DNA from: Psammoneis japonica
Lineage: Eukaryota
Direction of reading: 5' to 3'
NCBI GenBank assembly: GCA_008632985.1
Contig: QPGO01000011.1
Location: forward strand, 248,001-312,000
DNA length: 64,000 nucleotides
Of this stretch, positions 61,165 through 64,000 are shown in pieces. A program made the translations under genes and the position numbers. Numbering within the stretch: the first letter of the stretch is position 1; every line of letters starts with the position of its first letter. The notes under the pieces were generated by a model. That model saw only the letters and a program-made list of their open reading frames with translations, made no database searches and was not told the DNA's origin.

Positions 61165-62850
61165 ATGAAACAATCAGGAACTAAACGGAAAAGGGCGGGA
61201 AAATCCAACAACCGAAACCCTCTTTCGGACGCGCGAAGACCAAAGGAAACGACATCTTCCAAGTCCACGAAGCAACTGCAAGTGGAGAGCTTGTGGCATA
61301 GAAAAACGGGTGCTGGGTTTGCTCTTTTCGTTTCTTTTTATGGCGAGCAACCGCCAGGGGTGGTGGCCTCTGGGGGCGAAGTTAAAGCTAGTGGGAAAGT
61401 CAGTCAATTTCAAAAACCGTCGCCTGCTCGTGAAAAAGGTGCGGGGCTGTCAAGGGCGTCCTTACGAAGAAAGAAAAAGAAGAAAAAAAACGGCGCAGAT
61501 GTGGAGAAATCATGTCTTTCTAAGCCCCAGATTGCCAACACAGAGGATCATGCGCCTGAACCACCAACACCAACGCTTCCACTCTTTCAAGCCCTTGAGG
61601 TGACATCCAAAAACTACATGCACACAGTACCTTTTCTAGAAGCGCTTTCCAAACCATTGCCACTAACATTTCGTCTACGGCAGCACTTTGGTACAAGCGA
61701 CAACAGCGAATTTCAGCAAGAACTAAAGAAGCTACTTATTGACTTGTCTCTGCATTCCGACTTGATTTCCCCAGCGACTTACGACCCCACTCAACAAATT
61801 TACCAAGCAACGCATCCAGAGCTGTCAAAGCAAAGTCTCTCTAAACTTTCATCCTCTCTAAAGACGTTGCTTGTCAAGTATAGTACAAACGGCATGGTCG
61901 CAAGACAGGAACTTGGAAGTATGCTACCTGTACTTGCCCTGCATGGCGGTAATTGGCTGAAACGAGGCAGCAGAATACTAGACATGTGCGCCAGTCCTGG
62001 AAGCAAAACCCTCCAGTCGCTCGAGCTAGTTGCAGCAACCCAAAGCAATCAGGATCAGATATCTGCACGTTCCAAGAGCAAGTTGGGACGACTGGTTGCC
62101 AACGACGTACACCCTTCACGCTTACAAGCCCTGGAGGAGGCCATCAATAGATCCGGAATCCCTCAATCGCTCATTTCTCGTGTCACGTACACAAACTTTG
62201 ATGCATCACGCTTTCCCTATCCAAAGTCTGGAAAGCTGTTTGATGCTATTATTGCTGACGTTCCCTGTTCTGGTGATGGTACTATTCGAAAAGATGCACA
62301 CATTCTGCCGAATTGGACGCCGTCGACCTCCAACGCTTTGCACAGCTTGCAGGTTCGAATTCTATCGAGAGCCTTGGAGCTAGTCAAGGTTGGAGGAGTC
62401 GTTTGTTACAGCACCTGTAGTCTCAACCCGATAGAAGATGAGGCAGTTGTGGCTGCCGCCCTCAGGGAAACACAAAAGCAAAAGAAAACAGGGGATGCGA
62501 AAAGGAGAACTGAAACGGAAGAATGCTCAGCGACAGAAATCATGGAATGGCCGTCAGAAATTCTGCCCGGATTGACTCGTCGGAGCGGAGTGGCTTCTTG
62601 GAGGGTTGCGGACTACACTGGTGAAGAGGATATTGGAAAACGCGACGACCATGCAAATGCTGATGCACCGATGCTTCGATGGCACCGTACATATGAGGAT
62701 GCTGTGGGGAGTGGCATGGTTGATGCGGAACCAACAATGTGGCCAACCGAAGCAAATGAACAGCTGCACTTAGAGCGATGTACACGCCTGTGGCCTCAAG
62801 ACAATGATTCTGGTGGCTTCTTTGTTGCTCTTCTAAAAAGAAAGAACTAG
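61165..62850 (+). CDS. NOL1/NOP2/Sun RNA m5C methyltransferase (Trm4/NSUN2-like)
   Basis: LDMCASPGSK, DVPCSGDGT, YSTCSLNPIEDE and DSGGFFVALL. Confidence 0.9.
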   Translation: MKQSGTKRKRAGKSNNRNPLSDARRPKETTSSKSTKQLQVESLWHRKTGAGFALFVSFYGEQPPGVVASGGEVKASGKVSQFQKPSPAREKGAGLSRASLRRKKKKKKNGADVEKSCLSKPQIANTEDHAPEPPTPTLPLFQALEVTSKNYMHTVPFLEALSKPLPLTFRLRQHFGTSDNSEFQQELKKLLIDLSLHSDLISPATYDPTQQIYQATHPELSKQSLSKLSSSLKTLLVKYSTNGMVARQELGSMLPVLALHGGNWLKRGSRILDMCASPGSKTLQSLELVAATQSNQDQISARSKSKLGRLVANDVHPSRLQALEEAINRSGIPQSLISRVTYTNFDASRFPYPKSGKLFDAIIADVPCSGDGTIRKDAHILPNWTPSTSNALHSLQVRILSRALELVKVGGVVCYSTCSLNPIEDEAVVAAALRETQKQKKTGDAKRRTETEECSATEIMEWPSEILPGLTRRSGVASWRVADYTGEEDIGKRDDHANADAPMLRWHRTYEDAVGSGMVDAEPTMWPTEANEQLHLERCTRLWPQDNDSGGFFVALLKRKN

Positions 62851-63130
62851 TTTCCATGATGAGTATTATTCACCCGTCTTTCGCTTGTCAACGGTATTTG
62901 ACGATTCCAAATGACTCCATTCCACACCATAGTGCAACAGATGGTGTGCCAACATAACGTTGATCACGCGTGAGGATAAGAGGAACATTGTATTAATACG
63001 TCCGGGTGTTTCATCTATGAATTATCATCTAAAATACTTCTGATTATGAAAGCAGAACCTTAACGAGCAGTAATGCCTTCATCGCCAATAGGGCCGTGGT
63101 CAGTCCTCATCGTCAGACTCAAAACGAGGC

Positions 63131-64000
63131 TCAGTCTTCATCGTCTGCCTCGTTATGCGGTGCAACATGGATAGTGAGGTGTCCGCCTCGAAAATTGTAT
63201 TGCATTCTCAAGGGAACATCACTTTTCATGTATATCTTCACCTTGGGAGCTAAGGAAGTCGAGACCCTCTGGCAACCGGACAATGCCCATCGATCAAGCC
63301 GTAGCTTCGCATATTCGTTGCATTTCATATCAAAGTTGGCTGCATGTGGTTTGAGGATATAATTGAAACGTTTCACTACCGGGTCTCGATTTTTCTCCAG
63401 GGCGAATTTCATTCCTTCTGGGGAACATGAAATATCGATATGGTTTTCAGTCGAAAAGCTATGAAATAAATCAACAATCTTGTTGAGCTCTTTGGCTTGC
63501 ATTTGAACCACGCACGGGAACTCAGTATCCGGGATAGTTAGATTGTTCGCGATGTCGTCAAGCACTTCGTCAAGCTTGACCTCATAGGGTTCCGGGGAGT
63601 CATCAGTTCTGTGACCGTTCTCTTGATCAAATTCAATTCTTAGAGTAGAGTTGGACAATACCTTCATCAAAAGAACACCATCTTTCTTTCTGACCTTCAC
63701 CAGTCCTCCATAAAGAGACCTTGCGTTTACATTGAACGAAAATTTCTCCCGACACTCATAGCTAGAAAAGAACAATCGTGTAAGCTTCAGAACAACTAGA
63801 TACTTCTGGTCGCAGCCCATGATCCGTACATCGATCTTATCGCAGTCGCAATGAAAGTTTACATTGTCACCAAGGCATTTCAGAGCTTGGACTACCCACT
63901 TGAGCCTCCTTCCATCCAACACTGAAGCAACTAACAAGCAAGGTTGGGACTCAAAATGGATTCGCTGCCTTTCACTTTTCCAATACTCTGACGCGTCAGA
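63131..64000 (-). CDS. Divergent PCNA-like sliding clamp (5' end beyond the window)
   Basis: Collinear with PCNA: LKWVVQALK, LKL...FSSYEC, LTIPDTEF, SLAPKVKIYMKSDVPLRMQY and HVAP. The frame stays open with no ATG up to the window edge. Confidence 0.75.
   Translation of the reverse strand, partial: SDASEYWKSERQRIHFESQPCLLVASVLDGRRLKWVVQALKCLGDNVNFHCDCDKIDVRIMGCDQKYLVVLKLTRLFFSSYECREKFSFNVNARSLYGGLVKVRKKDGVLLMKVLSNSTLRIEFDQENGHRTDDSPEPYEVKLDEVLDDIANNLTIPDTEFPCVVQMQAKELNKIVDLFHSFSTENHIDISCSPEGMKFALEKNRDPVVKRFNYILKPHAANFDMKCNEYAKLRLDRWALSGCQRVSTSLAPKVKIYMKSDVPLRMQYNFRGGHLTIHVAPHNEADDED

Overview
Eukaryotic DNA, most likely a diatom. The evidence is short GT-AG introns, an ASAFAP-type bipartite plastid targeting signal and a diatom-style Copia element. 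Conserved genes flank the window: AP-4 epsilon, glutaredoxin, Sin3, prefoldin 4, a CPBP protease, an MsrA-like protein, a BRO1 protein, CMS1, V-ATPase F, exportin-4, a PEHE-like protein, an NSUN-type methyltransferase and a divergent PCNA. Two things stand out. (1) An island of about 31 kb sits between BRO1 and CMS1, bracketed by a reciprocally decayed duplication of the BRO1-3'/CMS1 junction. It carries an apparently intronless ~11.3 kb NRPS (FAAL-T-C-A-T-C-A-T plus an epsilon-poly-lysine-synthetase-like membrane C-terminus) convergent with a bacterial-type Lgt diacylglyceryl transferase. (2) Transposons and dead gene copies carry a strong mutational signature in which both TpA and CpG become TpG/CpA. 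TpA loss runs ahead of CpG loss, the direction is opposite to fungal RIP, and it is visible directly in paired repeats and in systematic Tyr->Cys/His changes. A Ngaro-type tyrosine-recombinase retroelement is nested precisely in the Copia RNase H. Many 1-bp frameshifts, including in housekeeping genes, are probably long-read assembly errors. Boundaries of decayed blocks and protein domains are approximate, and all assignments are by eye with no database search.
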